DNA of 62,114 nt, the filler included, from Hausera hauseri (taxonomy: Eukaryota), in the NCBI GenBank assembly GCA_046269625.1. It is 10 parts of 10 records of this genome, joined end to end, with 100 filler letters (N's around TTAATTAATTAA, not from the genome) between each part and the next. Parts side by side here need not be neighbours in the genome. Positions count along the whole stretch, not along the records: positions 8,282 to 15,097 come from JBJURY010062884.1; positions 15,198 to 22,704 come from JBJURY010010345.1; 8 more parts are not named here. One strand, 5' to 3'. Every line of letters starts with the position of its first letter. Position 1 is the stretch's first letter. This document shows positions 11,663 to 22,466 of the stretch, one piece after another. The notes beneath the pieces were generated by a model. That model was not told where the DNA came from and did no database searches. It saw only the letters and a program-made list of their open reading frames with translations. A program made the position numbers and the translations under genes.

Positions 11663-12900
11663 ATGAACCCAAGCCGACATAGAATCGACAAAGAGAAGCA
11701 TACAAGCCGACCTAGTATTGACGAATTCTTGCAGCGATATGTGAGAGTGCGGATTCCGAATTCAAAGGCCATCTATATGCAAATCAATACAGAATTACAA
11801 GGAAAGGGCTTCGTTCGATACGGAAAAGTTGGTGAGATACCAAACGGTCTGAAAGGAACGACCGAAGAGGCCAGAGTTATATATTTATACGCCTGGAGAG
11901 AGGATAAAGATGCCAGAGCATATCCTTTGCAACAGATCGCCCAGTACATAACGGACAAGGAGCAAAGAATATATATACACGTGACCGACGGAGAAATCTA
12001 TTATCGGCTGAAAGACCAAAAATGGGACTCTTTCCAAGGGAGGCAAAGTCGATTTAACACGTTTGTAATTGAGAGTAGGAACCTCCATAATTATGAGCTG
12101 GAGTTTCGGGTGGTCACTTTACCTGTAAAGATGATGATCGAAATAACTAAAGAGGAAATAATACTTATCGCATTACCGCCCCTAGACGTTAGGCAAAGGC
12201 CAACAGAAGAAGTACAATACGCGCATCTGAATTCATTCCGACTCGTGGCCGATGACAGAAATATCCGGATTGCCGCAATAAATTATGGAGAAGGAGAAGA
12301 AGGGAATTACATCCCCATTGAAATATCCATACGAGGAGAAAACGGGGTAGAGATCTATTCAAAGATTATTAACCCAATGAAAAAAGTACGAGAAACCTAC
12401 GCAGAAGTAACCGGAATCAAACAAGAACGAATAATCTACGAAACGGATTCCAAGTTAGTGCAGGAGAAAGTAGCACAATGTCTGTACGGATACGTCTTAG
12501 TGGGGTATCAACTCGAAAGGATGATAGAAAAACTAAACATACCAGTAACTCATCTTGCCGGAACCAGAGAGATAGAAACCCACCAATTATAAAGAGACAA
12601 ATGGAGATTCAGGACAAAGAAAAAAGGTCATCTATTACTGACTGTAGAAGGTCGGTTTAAGTTAATGGTATAGGCGATGACCGGAGGAAACATGAAAGTT
12701 AGCCTACTGCTGACCGCTAGCCAGAGGTCCCAATATTTAAGAGATATAAATGCCGGATTAAGGTGGGATCATGAGTGGATTCCCAGTAATCCCGGACAAA
12801 ACTTACGGAATTTTCCCAAACTGGAAGAATCGATGCAAAATATAGAAAACACTTCTGTCCATACTCTCCACCGAGAAACGTCGAGGCGACACCTAATTGG
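11663..12900 (+). pseudogene. Accessory ORF: unknown N-terminal domain plus DEDDh (ISG20/REXO4-like) exonuclease-fold domain lacking catalytic residues
   Basis: IAAINY...IEISIRGENGVEIYSKIINPMKKVRETYAEVTGI...VQEKVAQCLYGYVLVGY...GTREI follows the DEDDh pattern, but the ExoI DxE motif is absent. Confidence 0.6.
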
Positions 12901-13800
12901 AACTATCAAATAACTATCAAAGGATTGAAACAGAGAAAACAGAAGACGAATGGCAGCCCAACGAGGAACCGAGTACAAGTTACGACACCATGACCAATGA
13001 TAATTCATTTAAAGTACCCGAAATTCCTTGGAAATATTTAGCAGAAAAAGATAGAATTTCAGAAATCGAAACCGGGAAGACGGCCAAAAGCAAAACCTCC
13101 TTCTTCAATTATTTATTTAAGAAAAGAAGTAAAGAAGGAGAGAAGGAATTGAAGGAGGGACACAAAGCGGACAGTAAGGATTCAAAACAAAAAGAAGCCG
13201 ACAAACCGAAAACACCAGCAGAAGGATCCTTAAGAACAAACCCACAGTTTCATGTGGAGAAACCTACGAGAATACCGAGTAAACAAAGAGAACAGATAAC
13301 AGAAATAAACGTCATGCAGAAAAGGAACTCTACAGAAAATGTACACTACGCCATTACGGCGGATTACCCCAGGATGTTAATAGCCACAGAATATTATAGT
13401 AAACAGAAGATTAAAGAGGCAATGTTCTTTGTCAAATCAATGCCAGACAAGTTTACGAGAACACCTATGTCTGGGAAAACCCCAAAATCGGAAAGTATGT
13501 GGCCCCAATATTTCAATCGAGAAGGAATGACAAACTTTTAGTTCCCGTAGATGGGTCTGTGAAATCATTGCTTAAAAAGCAATAACAAAAATACCGATCG
13601 ACTGGTGAAGTTCCCGACTTAGATCGAGATACTGTCAGCGATTGGACCATAATATCTGTGGGATGCGATCCTAAGAAAAGCTCTATAAACCCAAAACAAA
13701 AAAGAATATATGCCTATTTAAATCAGGACGCCAATGGATTGATGATAGAGCCTATCTAGATTATGATAAGAGTCGATTTGGACTACGAAAACTGGGAAAA
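12897..13800 (+). pseudogene. Lys/Glu-rich linker plus conserved unknown domain (frameshifted)
   Basis: EYYSKQKIKEAMFFVKSMP / YENTY...PKIGKYVAPIF...VPVD matches EEYVSRWKIKEAVFYIRTVP...HENAY..PKLGRYLTPLF...VPVD of 27532-27774. Confidence 0.6.
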
Positions 13801-13809
13801 GAAGAAAAT

Positions 13810-14184
13810 AAATGCCCCGTATGTGAGGCAAACCTGAAACAAGGGTACATAATGCTGAATAACCCCGATTACCGACATAAATATTGCAGATTTTGTGTAG
13901 AAAAATGGACACTGAAGAATGGGAAAACCACATGTCCAGTATGCCGAGTGGAGGGTGCCGACCTAAATTACTACTCGAACGGTAGTTGCACTAGAATAGT
14001 GAGGATAAAGCCCTACCATAGTTATGAACTAGAGACAAATTCCAGAGAAGAACAGCCTAGTATCAGCTCTAGCCCCAGTCTAAGAAAACGCATGGAAATG
14101 TTACGACAGCCGCGACATCACGGCACCTCTCCTGACGCAATGGGCACATCCGAGGATGCCGCTCAGGGAGAAGAAATGTTGTAG
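13810..14184 (+). CDS. RING finger domain, terminal accessory ORF of copy A
   Basis: CPVCEANL...(Y)RHKYCRFCVEKW...TTCPVCR; the third Cys is mutated to Tyr relative to copy B. Confidence 0.75.
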   Translation, partial: KCPVCEANLKQGYIMLNNPDYRHKYCRFCVEKWTLKNGKTTCPVCRVEGADLNYYSNGSCTRIVRIKPYHSYELETNSREEQPSISSSPSLRKRMEMLRQPRHHGTSPDAMGTSEDAAQGEEML

Positions 14185-14970
14185 AGACGTCAAATATTGA
14201 GAAGACGTCCAAATTGTAAATAATATTATAAGCAGCATATTGTAAATATTTACTATTTTATGATATTTGCTTATTGATGTACGAACTTAGGAATTTGTTC
14301 AAATATAAAGGAGGCATTTATCAATAATTTGGTATATTTTTCAAAATTTTTGGAGAAAGTGTTGAATTTATATTAATTTTTAAATTGGATAATACTGAAA
14401 AATTCAGTTAAAACTGTTTATAATTCCAAGAATATGAAATGAAATCAGTCACGTACACAGTGGCATTAGTATATAAAGTGCAGCAGATATGAAAGATTTG
14501 AGTTATTTGAAGTTTATTGGAGCTGATTTGAAGATTTTTAGATTTGTTCTTGAGAAGACTGTTGTTGATCAAAATCCAAAGGATAAATCTGTCGAGTTAT
14601 TAAAAGGACATTTGACACCGTGCTTCAGTGATTATCTTGGAAAGATTGGTAATTGTCTTGTTAATAAATTTTTATTGAGTAAATTTATTCATAGTTTTGC
14701 TTCACTTCTTAAAAGCGATTTGACGTCCCTAAGGTTAAATTCATTACGATAAACTCCATAGCTAAGAGAAGAATTTGTTTAACATTTTGCACAGGACCGC
14801 AAGCAATCACCAGCATTGTAACGAAATAATTAACAAGGTACATTCTGTCTATTTGATAACGATAGACCGATCTGCGTAAATTATCAAAACTTCAAGTGTA
14901 ATTATTGTTATATATTTGGAGTTGAATAAGGGCCACCCCAATATATAGCACAAGTCTTCAGTGTTCTACA
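14165..14970 (+). repeat. PPT (14165-14176) and probable ~790-bp 3' LTR (14180-14970)
   Basis: AGGGAGAAGAAA followed by TGTAGA...TCTACA terminal inverted hexamers. No second LTR is available in the window to confirm the boundaries. Confidence 0.55.
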
Positions 14971-15229
14971 TTATTATTATTATCCTGTGAATATATGTCA
15001 GTTGTTTAATGAGTTTTTTCTTTCTTTCTTTTAACTGATGAAATGATCGATTAGGCATATAACGTAACCAGTTACGTGACACACGTGACGCGTGCGCNNN
15101 NNNNNNNNNNNNNNNNNNNNNNNNNNNNNNNNNNNNNNNNNTTAATTAATTAANNNNNNNNNNNNNNNNNNNNNNNNNNNNNNNNNNNNNNNNNNNNGAA
15201 TTGGCCGGTTTTTACATCTATATATATGT

Positions 15230-15860
15230 TGTTTAATTGATTCAGTACGTCGCATCTAATCAATATTTCGTTAGTCAAGTTTTAACTACTCTGATGGTGT
15301 AATTTATCGTTTGGCTACAGATCTTCATCTTGGCATTCAAGACCGTTTTTATTTCGTCTTCCATACCAAATGCTCTAATACTGACCAATGTTTTCGTTGG
15401 CTTCCGTAGCTTCTTTATTAATTCTTTAGGTAGCTGACTCCTCCCCATTATTGTAGTAGTGGATCCCGTATCTGTTAACGCCGTTAGAGGGTGTCAATTT
15501 ACTTCGACTTATATTTTCGGTCTCATAACCGACCGGGGCCCATTTTTATCACTCGTTTTATATGTGGGTTCACGGTTATATTGTATGAAATCTTTCTCGT
15601 AATTTTATTTCATTCGTAAAACTTGATACGTGGGATACATTCCTCCATGTTTCACATATTGAGGGGCTGATTGATTCACTAACATTTGTTCATTATAAAC
15701 TTGCCCATGATATTCTTCTGTTGGGTCTAACTGTAGTAAGTCTGTCACCAGTTTTCGTTTGTACTTCTGTCTTCGTGACTTTAATGAAAATCGTTAAAAT
15801 TTTGTTATATGTCTACCACTTCTAGACTTAACATCCGAATCGTCGTCGTCACTCAAAAAA
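15230..15860 (-). pseudogene. Decayed retroviral-type aspartic protease region
   Basis: Manual translation HPLTALTDTGSTTTIMG (DTG active-site motif near 15465). Confidence 0.55.
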
Positions 15861-17224
15861 TTAAACTTTTAATTAAGCAGGCAAATAACATTTCAAATGA
15901 ATAACGAAAGTCGGGTAACCTGGAAATCACAATATGAAATCACGGGTTCGCCCAACATCAAACTAAAAAAATATAAATAAATTAAAAAGCAAATAGGGGG
16001 ACTGCAAGTGCTGGGGCAAACAACACTTGTAACCAACAAAAAATCACAAAATAAAATCTGTGGATTTAAATTCATTTGTTTAAATCCACAGTTTAAAGTA
16101 GGGAGAAATTATTCAAAAAGAAAACTATTCAAAAGGAATTTGTTCAAAGAAAAGAAAAAATAAAAATTACAAAACAATGCCCGAAACACTGAAAAATCGA
16201 GGAAAGGACCAAACGGCAAAACAGAAAACAGCGCTGGGACGGGAACGCATGAAACCCGAACAGCAAAACCCGGCGAACCAATCGTCAGGAAAGACGCAAA
16301 GGCCATCCTAGCCGATGCAGCCGTCCAACCAAACGCCACCCTTGGCGAAAGGAAGACCATATCGATTCCGTGGTACGCATTCCCAAGGTACTCCGACCAG
16401 TACACGCCGAAGCGGAAAACAACACCAACAGCCGTGTCGCCTCACCGGAACCAGGTCGATCAGAAAAGCGGCAACAAACAGCCCGGAGGAATACCGTCCC
16501 ACGCGGCAGACGACATCGCAACACCGACAAGTGAGTCCCGTACCGGTTTTACTCAAACTTTCTGACGGTAAGGAAGGTTTACAACGGAGCCGTTTCATAC
16601 GGCACTTAGTCAGGCTGGAGCGAGACGACCCTTAGCTCTACCGGTGGCAACGCTCCATCGGTTATACGAGGACGGGAAAAATCGACGTCTCTTCGACTCG
16701 TCGGTTTTCCTGCCCGTGTTCCTGAGACTGATGGCGGCAACCGACCGCCTTTACGAATCCGTGGCCCCTCGGAAAGCCGGTTAATCCCGATACGACAAAA
16801 TCACCAACAGCTGCGTATAAGGACCTCAAGGCCCGTGATTCCCCGAAATTACGTCGTCGCCGCCGTATGGCCCTGGCACTAAGGAAACCCGCACCGATGA
16901 TTCAAGCTCGGACGACGCTCCGACCGGTGTACGCCGAGGTCACCGAAATGGCCCGGCATTATCCTCCACGGACGCCTCGAACGCCTTGATTGACTCGGCC
17001 AACAAGGATTGTGATAACAATAAAAGTTGTGACCATTACTCCGTTTTTTCTCTTCATTGTCTCGTGCCATTTTTAGTTTATTGTTTTGTCGCTATTATGT
17101 GGTGGGCCAGATGTAAGGCCTGCTTTAAGGCACCGACATCTAAAATTGTCATGTAGTGTATTCGAAATATGACCGTCTGCATTTATTTCACATGTCTTTA
17201 CGGCTAATGTAACCGTTTTTGGAC

Positions 17225-17830
17225 CTATTCACAAAATTGCAGTTCCGTTTCCATTAATAAATCGTGTGGTATAATATAGTAGCGGAAGACTGATTCTGAG
17301 TTAGTCCACTTTACTATAATATCGGATTCCACATCGGATGAAAAGTTCAATTTTTCACCAATTATAACATGGCCACCTAGCCGTAGACGTTTTGAGTGTA
17401 CATTGATTGATGGAAAACCCCATATCTGACCATCAGCTATAGAATTAAACTGCATCTCAATGGGATTTCGATGCATTAATTTTATACGGTAGTTTGAAAA
17501 ATAAGCATAAACCGAGAAATTTTCTCGCGAATAATTGCGAAGAATATATCGGTTATTGTGTCGGATTGTCCGCAAACGATTTGAAATAGGTTACGTTTCC
17601 TGTCGGCTAAAGTAAATACCACTGTTCTGACGAATTTTCATTTGTGAAAATGTAAATGTGAATTCCGTCAAAGCCACTTCGCAGGCCCCGTGGCGTAAAT
17701 TGATCGGTTGGTCCAAGTGCATGGTAAGCTGTTTAGCGGTAATATCATTGTTGTCGTCATGTTGTGATAATGATCTGTTACTATCAAGTAACAAATAAAT
17801 GCTGCTGCTGCTTCCCATTGAATTTGTGAT
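17225..17830 (-). pseudogene. Orphan Polinton/adintovirus penton (minor capsid)-like fragment
   Basis: IYLLLDSNRSLSQHDDN...MHLDQPINL...EVALTEFTF parallels FYVTLPSNVSLNTFPDN...VKLPQTIDL...EVGLVEIEF at 42569-42778. Confidence 0.5.
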
Positions 17831-18242
17831 GCAAAAGTTTAACTCAGTGCAGTGTATCCGTGACACTTGACGCATATTGTTTATTCGAACCTTAGCCACG
17901 TGAACTGAGAATTTCCTGAATACGATATACATCGGATTTCTAGGACAGTACCTGTAGTTTCTGTTCGTAGAATTTACTGCGTATTTCCTCACCGTTTTCA
18001 TCCTCTAAAACGTACATCGTCGCTCCAGCTCTGATTGAAATTCTTAATGAATGGCGTCATACTTATTTTCGAAATACGTACTTAAGCACCGATGTTATAT
18101 TTTGGGAGTTTAATTGCCTGTTGTTGTGTTCGATTTTGATAAAGCCACATGTCCAAACCATCGATTACGTCAACCGGACGTAATCCATTGATGCCAAGAT
18201 GTGTCGAATGATTGTATGAATGAATAATATCCGGCATTACAT

Positions 18243-20081
18243 CTACCCATACGTTTTTTGCCTTCCTTTGCGCATCTCGCTGGAAATCAATTTATTATTC
18301 TTATAATGATTAAATACTGTGATGCCAGTTTCCGGATCTCTTATTTCCTCCGTCCTGTCAGGCCCTTTTTTCTCCGACTCCGCAGCCCGTCCGGCCTGTT
18401 GCTGCACAGCCGCAAAATTCCTTATCACATCCGCAAGCGAATTCAGATTTACAACCTGATCCTGCAGACGATCAAGCCGTGTAAAAATCACTTTTTGATA
18501 ATTCCCGGCTGTTTTTGAGTAGGTATCCACTTTATCGTTTATAAGAGAAGTCTGGCTGTATTGCTCATTTGCTGAGGCATCAATCGCGCTCTTAATGTTC
18601 TCGATTGCCCGCACGCTTGTATCCAGGCTACCCTGAATCGACTCAATCTGCCTTCTTGCCTCATTTGAAAAACGCACGATCTGGTTAAATATTCCATCAG
18701 AAGCGCTCTTCGCTTTTTGAGCATCCTCTTCTTGATCATCTAATAACTGTATCATTAATCTGGCAAGTTCATTCTGCATTACAGAGGCTTTATTGCTCAA
18801 CTCTTCAGCCTTAGCCTCCATATCAGCCTTTCCGCTGGCAGCAGCAGAGCTGATAATGCTTGTAAGCTTAGCTTCTGCATCGCCAATTCTTTCTTCACAG
18901 GCCAAGCTGCCATTATTAATGGCTTCCGATATTCCCTCCAGTCTATCTCCAACATACGCAAAGGCCTCGTCAGTTTTGGAAATGATATGTCCCTCTGCCG
19001 CAAACGCCGTTTTCCTCTGTTCTGTATCAGACTGCTCAATCTTATCCACAATTTGTATTGTACAATTGTTGGTATTATCTACCGAATCGTCTACCTTTTG
19101 CTCCAATTCTCCAATCTGACTTTGGATATCTTTCAAATTAGAGGCTTCTTTCTCTCCAATCTCATTTGAATTGCTGATAATGTTTTTTTCTGAAGATATG
19201 ATTTGCCTCCTGACATCCTCATAAGCCTGCTCATCACCCTCGTTCTTTTCAACAATCTTTGTAACAATGGCGTTTCCTATATCGCTAATGGATTGGACGA
19301 TACGTTCTGTATCCTGGACTGTGGATGTCTTGACTCCAGCGAGCGTCTGTGCAATATCTGCCGCAAGCGTCGCCGTTGCTTTGTCTGATTCTTCAATCAT
19401 ATTCCGGATCTGCAGCTGGGCCTTTTCCTGATTCACTCTATTCGCATCATCCCGGGTTTCACTGGCCTTTTGGTTCTTTGCTGCATCTGAGATCATCCGC
19501 TCTACTGCTTCTGCTATTGCTGCATCCGTCTGTTTTCCAGCAACTGATACAAGCGTGGCAATTTGTTCCGTACTGCTGCGCGCATTATCTGCCATATTCC
19601 TAGCCTCGTCTTTGATCAGGCTCTGCGTGCTCATAATATTTGATGACAGTTCCTTTGTCTGTGATTCAGCAGCCTCTTCCACTTTTCTCTTAAGGCTCGC
19701 ATCCGTCAGTTCAATTGCTCCACGAATCTCCGTGATGGCTTTTGCAGTGTTTTCATCTATTGACCTCTTAAGGACTTCAGATAACTGTTCTTCCAGTTCA
19801 TCTATGTGCTTCTGCAGATTATTGATACGATCAAATATATTTTCTTGCCTGTTTGCCATATAGGCCTTGCATTTTTGTCTGGAATAATTATACATAATCG
19901 CAATGTACGCCGTTGCCAGGATGATTAAGACAATCATAATAATATTACAGGCCCATAACGGTATCACTATACTTAAGAACCCATAGTCAGCAATTCCCAA
20001 TACTACAAAAACCGCCGCCACAATATACCAATACCTGGCCCTCTCCTCAAAGAATCGTTTCATCCCATTTTGCATCTTCAT
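18243..20081 (-). CDS. Bacterial hypothetical protein: two N-terminal TM helices and a long coiled coil; probably 3'-truncated at the junction
   Basis: RBS (GGAGG) precedes ATG at 20081; two hydrophobic segments; ~500 aa of helical sequence; the stop lies at the compositional break. Confidence 0.8.
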   Translation of the reverse strand: MKMQNGMKRFFEERARYWYIVAAVFVVLGIADYGFLSIVIPLWACNIIMIVLIILATAYIAIMYNYSRQKCKAYMANRQENIFDRINNLQKHIDELEEQLSEVLKRSIDENTAKAITEIRGAIELTDASLKRKVEEAAESQTKELSSNIMSTQSLIKDEARNMADNARSSTEQIATLVSVAGKQTDAAIAEAVERMISDAAKNQKASETRDDANRVNQEKAQLQIRNMIEESDKATATLAADIAQTLAGVKTSTVQDTERIVQSISDIGNAIVTKIVEKNEGDEQAYEDVRRQIISSEKNIISNSNEIGEKEASNLKDIQSQIGELEQKVDDSVDNTNNCTIQIVDKIEQSDTEQRKTAFAAEGHIISKTDEAFAYVGDRLEGISEAINNGSLACEERIGDAEAKLTSIISSAAASGKADMEAKAEELSNKASVMQNELARLMIQLLDDQEEDAQKAKSASDGIFNQIVRFSNEARRQIESIQGSLDTSVRAIENIKSAIDASANEQYSQTSLINDKVDTYSKTAGNYQKVIFTRLDRLQDQVVNLNSLADVIRNFAAVQQQAGRAAESEKKGPDRTEEIRDPETGITVFNHYKNNKLISSEMRKGRQKTYG

Positions 20082-20094
20082 TTCCTTCCTCCCT

Positions 20095-21045
20095 TTATAT
20101 AACCTGAACGTTATCTCCCTGGCTTCTAAGCCACATATCAATTCCTGTCCCAAACACTTCCGCGCTTAATGTATAGACCCCATCCTCTTCCGAAATAATC
20201 TGCGCGGTCGGAAGCCTGTCAAGTATTGAATCCAAATCATTTCCCAGATATCTAAACTTCACTTTTCTAAGAGTTCCGCCATACATAAACTGTACTCGTT
20301 TCCGAAATTCCCCTTCTTCAAATCTGCTGCTGTAAGGAATGTGAAAATGTTCGTCCAGCACCTTATATTTTTTGATTCTGTCTAACCTATATATTGTGGG
20401 ATAAGAATCATTAAGCACCTGGAAATCTTTTCTTACGTCCTTGTCGTCTATAAATGCTGTCAGATAAAAATAGTACTCGGAAAACATAATCGCAACCGGC
20501 TTAATCTTTCTGGCCACCGTCTTTTTATCTTTCATACGGTAATACTTTATTTCCAAATAACTACGATTTCGAATTGCCTGTCCTATTTCCCAGATTGTAT
20601 GGATACATTTGGTCTTATGCCTTGGTTCGACATAGTGATATAACTCATTCTCAAGAAGTTCAGATACCGCTTTCCGATTCGTCATTGGAACACAGCAGTC
20701 AACCAGTTTTCCAACAATTTCTTTCATCTCATCCTTTGTAAACGCTCTGCTGTCTAGCAATATCTTGCAAAGCGCCAGTATCACTCCATTTGTAAGTTTT
20801 GATTTGTATGCCTGCTCTAAGCGATATCCTTTATCTATTCGGTCATAAACTATGCTATTCACGAATCCGGAATGCTCTGCCTGAAGTTCCAGATAATTCC
20901 TTATGTCATCAATATCCCGTTGTATACTTCTCTCATTAACATTGTAATTAAGTGCTTCTTCAGCCTTATTTACAATGTTTCCATTCAGGAACTTCGTGTA
21001 TAGCCCCAAAACACGTTCTATCTTGTTATTCTTTATCTCCTCCAC
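20095..21045 (-). CDS. WYL-domain transcriptional regulator (wHTH-WYL-WCX)
   Basis: HTH YNVNERSIQRDIDDIR; WYL core PVAIMFSEYYFYL...YRLDRI; C-terminal WLRSQGDNVQVI. Confidence 0.92.
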   Translation of the reverse strand: MEEIKNNKIERVLGLYTKFLNGNIVNKAEEALNYNVNERSIQRDIDDIRNYLELQAEHSGFVNSIVYDRIDKGYRLEQAYKSKLTNGVILALCKILLDSRAFTKDEMKEIVGKLVDCCVPMTNRKAVSELLENELYHYVEPRHKTKCIHTIWEIGQAIRNRSYLEIKYYRMKDKKTVARKIKPVAIMFSEYYFYLTAFIDDKDVRKDFQVLNDSYPTIYRLDRIKKYKVLDEHFHIPYSSRFEEGEFRKRVQFMYGGTLRKVKFRYLGNDLDSILDRLPTAQIISEEDGVYTLSAEVFGTGIDMWLRSQGDNVQVI

Positions 21046-21071
21046 AAACTCACCGTCATTCTTTATTTTTT

Positions 21072-21108
21072 TGTATTATACCAAATCAGAAGGACAGAAA
21101 ATGTCACT
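21072..21108 (-). promoter_or_regulatory. Extended -10 promoter (TGgTATAAT) with upstream GACA-N5-TGTC palindrome, candidate WYL operator
   Basis: Minus strand GTGACATTTTCTGTCC...TTTGGTATAAT lies about 30 nt upstream of the WYL start. Confidence 0.45.
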
Positions 21109-21373
21109 CTAAAAGTTATCTTTTATTTAAGAAATAAAAATGTATTGCTCATATTAAAGCAATGCATTCTGTAAGTATCCGTTGGCTACAATTTAACAGT
21201 TCCTATAGTTTTACGTCACAGATTTTCATCTGTTTTGCCCTCATATGTGTACTTAAGTTATTGTACGCATTGTGGTGAAAATTGTCAACATTCATATTGT
21301 GCATTTTCTACAATTCTAAACCAGGAACTGATAAAAAATCATAATTTTTCAACAACATTTCTTCGTACCCAAG

Positions 21374-22303
21374 TCATAACGAGGTCCCCTTAAAATACTC
21401 CTTCGCTATCCGAATAAAATCCTGCGCATACGCCGACAGATACGCCCCTTTCCGATAGGTGATCATGGTGGTGGCGAACGCTTCGGGATCGTTTAAGGAA
21501 AAGCAGACCGGCGGCGTATGAAACGTCATGTTGCGGATATAGGTTTCCGGCGCAAAGCAAATCCCCTCATTTTGCTGGACCAGAAGAAGCGCCGCCTGCG
21601 TATTGCGCGTATAGAATGGCACAGTGGGCGTGATTCCGTGTTTTTTCAGAAGATGTCCGGTGATCGCTCCCGTATTCTGCTCCGGATGGTGCAGGATGAA
21701 CTTCTCGTTATGAAGCTTTGACCAGTCCACGGGCGGATAGCCGCCCTCTTTTAAAAGATCACAGGCAGCATCCTTTGCCAGGGGATTGTCCGCCGACACG
21801 GCCAGCAGGATCTCTTCCTGACCCAGCACCTCGTATTCCAGCTTGGGGTTCGGGTCGCCTCCGCTGAAAATGGCAAAGTCGATCCGGCCGTCATTTAACA
21901 GGCGTTCCTGGATGGCATAAGTCTCCTCCAGAAAATTCAGGCGGATATTCGGATGCAGCTGGCGGAATGCGGGGAGAATCCAGGGAATCATGCAGGAACT
22001 TCGCATCAGTGGGAATGCCACATTCAGTTCGCCGTCATTCAAGGCCCGGAGGTCCTCCAGCTCCTTCTCCCAATTCCGGGTCAGTTCCAGAACGCGGCTG
22101 GCATATTCCATATAACGCCTGCCCGCGTAAGTCGGGATATAGCAATTGTCCACCCGGTTAAAAAGCTTGATTCCCAGTTCCCGCTCAAGTTTCCCCAGGT
22201 GCTTGCTCAGCGTCGGCTGGGAGATATACAGTTCCCGGGCCGCCTTCGTCATATTCTGATGCTTGGCTATGCAGAGTACATAGTTCAACTCGTGTATGTT
22301 CAT
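21374..22303 (-). CDS. LysR-family transcriptional regulator
   Basis: NMTKAARELYISQPTLSKHLGKLERELGIKLFNR...PTYAG HTH; 309 aa. Confidence 0.96.
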   Translation of the reverse strand: MNIHELNYVLCIAKHQNMTKAARELYISQPTLSKHLGKLERELGIKLFNRVDNCYIPTYAGRRYMEYASRVLELTRNWEKELEDLRALNDGELNVAFPLMRSSCMIPWILPAFRQLHPNIRLNFLEETYAIQERLLNDGRIDFAIFSGGDPNPKLEYEVLGQEEILLAVSADNPLAKDAACDLLKEGGYPPVDWSKLHNEKFILHHPEQNTGAITGHLLKKHGITPTVPFYTRNTQAALLLVQQNEGICFAPETYIRNMTFHTPPVCFSLNDPEAFATTMITYRKGAYLSAYAQDFIRIAKEYFKGTSL

Positions 22304-22317
22304 AAGTTCCCTCCGGG

Positions 22318-22336
22318 CTATTCCAAAATGGAATAG
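22318..22336. promoter_or_regulatory. LysR recognition site (T-N11-A palindrome)
   Basis: CTATTCCA-AAA-TGGAATAG perfect inverted repeat between the divergent lysR and permease genes. Confidence 0.65.
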
Positions 22337-22466
22337 GATTGATGATTAACATGAATTAGACTTACCGCTATGGTTATCATACAATGTAAAAAGGAAAGAA
22401 TCAAGAAAACACAACAGAGTACGCGCCTTTCTAGACGCACTCCAGAGAAAGGCAGGAACAATCTAT

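Larger units (their letters stand above)
9125..14970 (+). mobile_element. Ty3/Gypsy LTR retroelement, 3' half, with large accessory cassette (copy A)
   Basis: Integrase, then membrane protein, exonuclease-like ORF, RING, PPT and LTR; collinear with 27177-32960. Confidence 0.85.

Noticed and set aside
20082-20153. ORF-track start (20153) of the 636-aa protein
   Set aside because: It overlaps the WYL gene; the RBS supports ATG at 20081.
18258-22336. Short plus-strand ORFs opposite the bacterial genes
   Set aside because: Antisense shadows of well-supported minus-strand CDSs.
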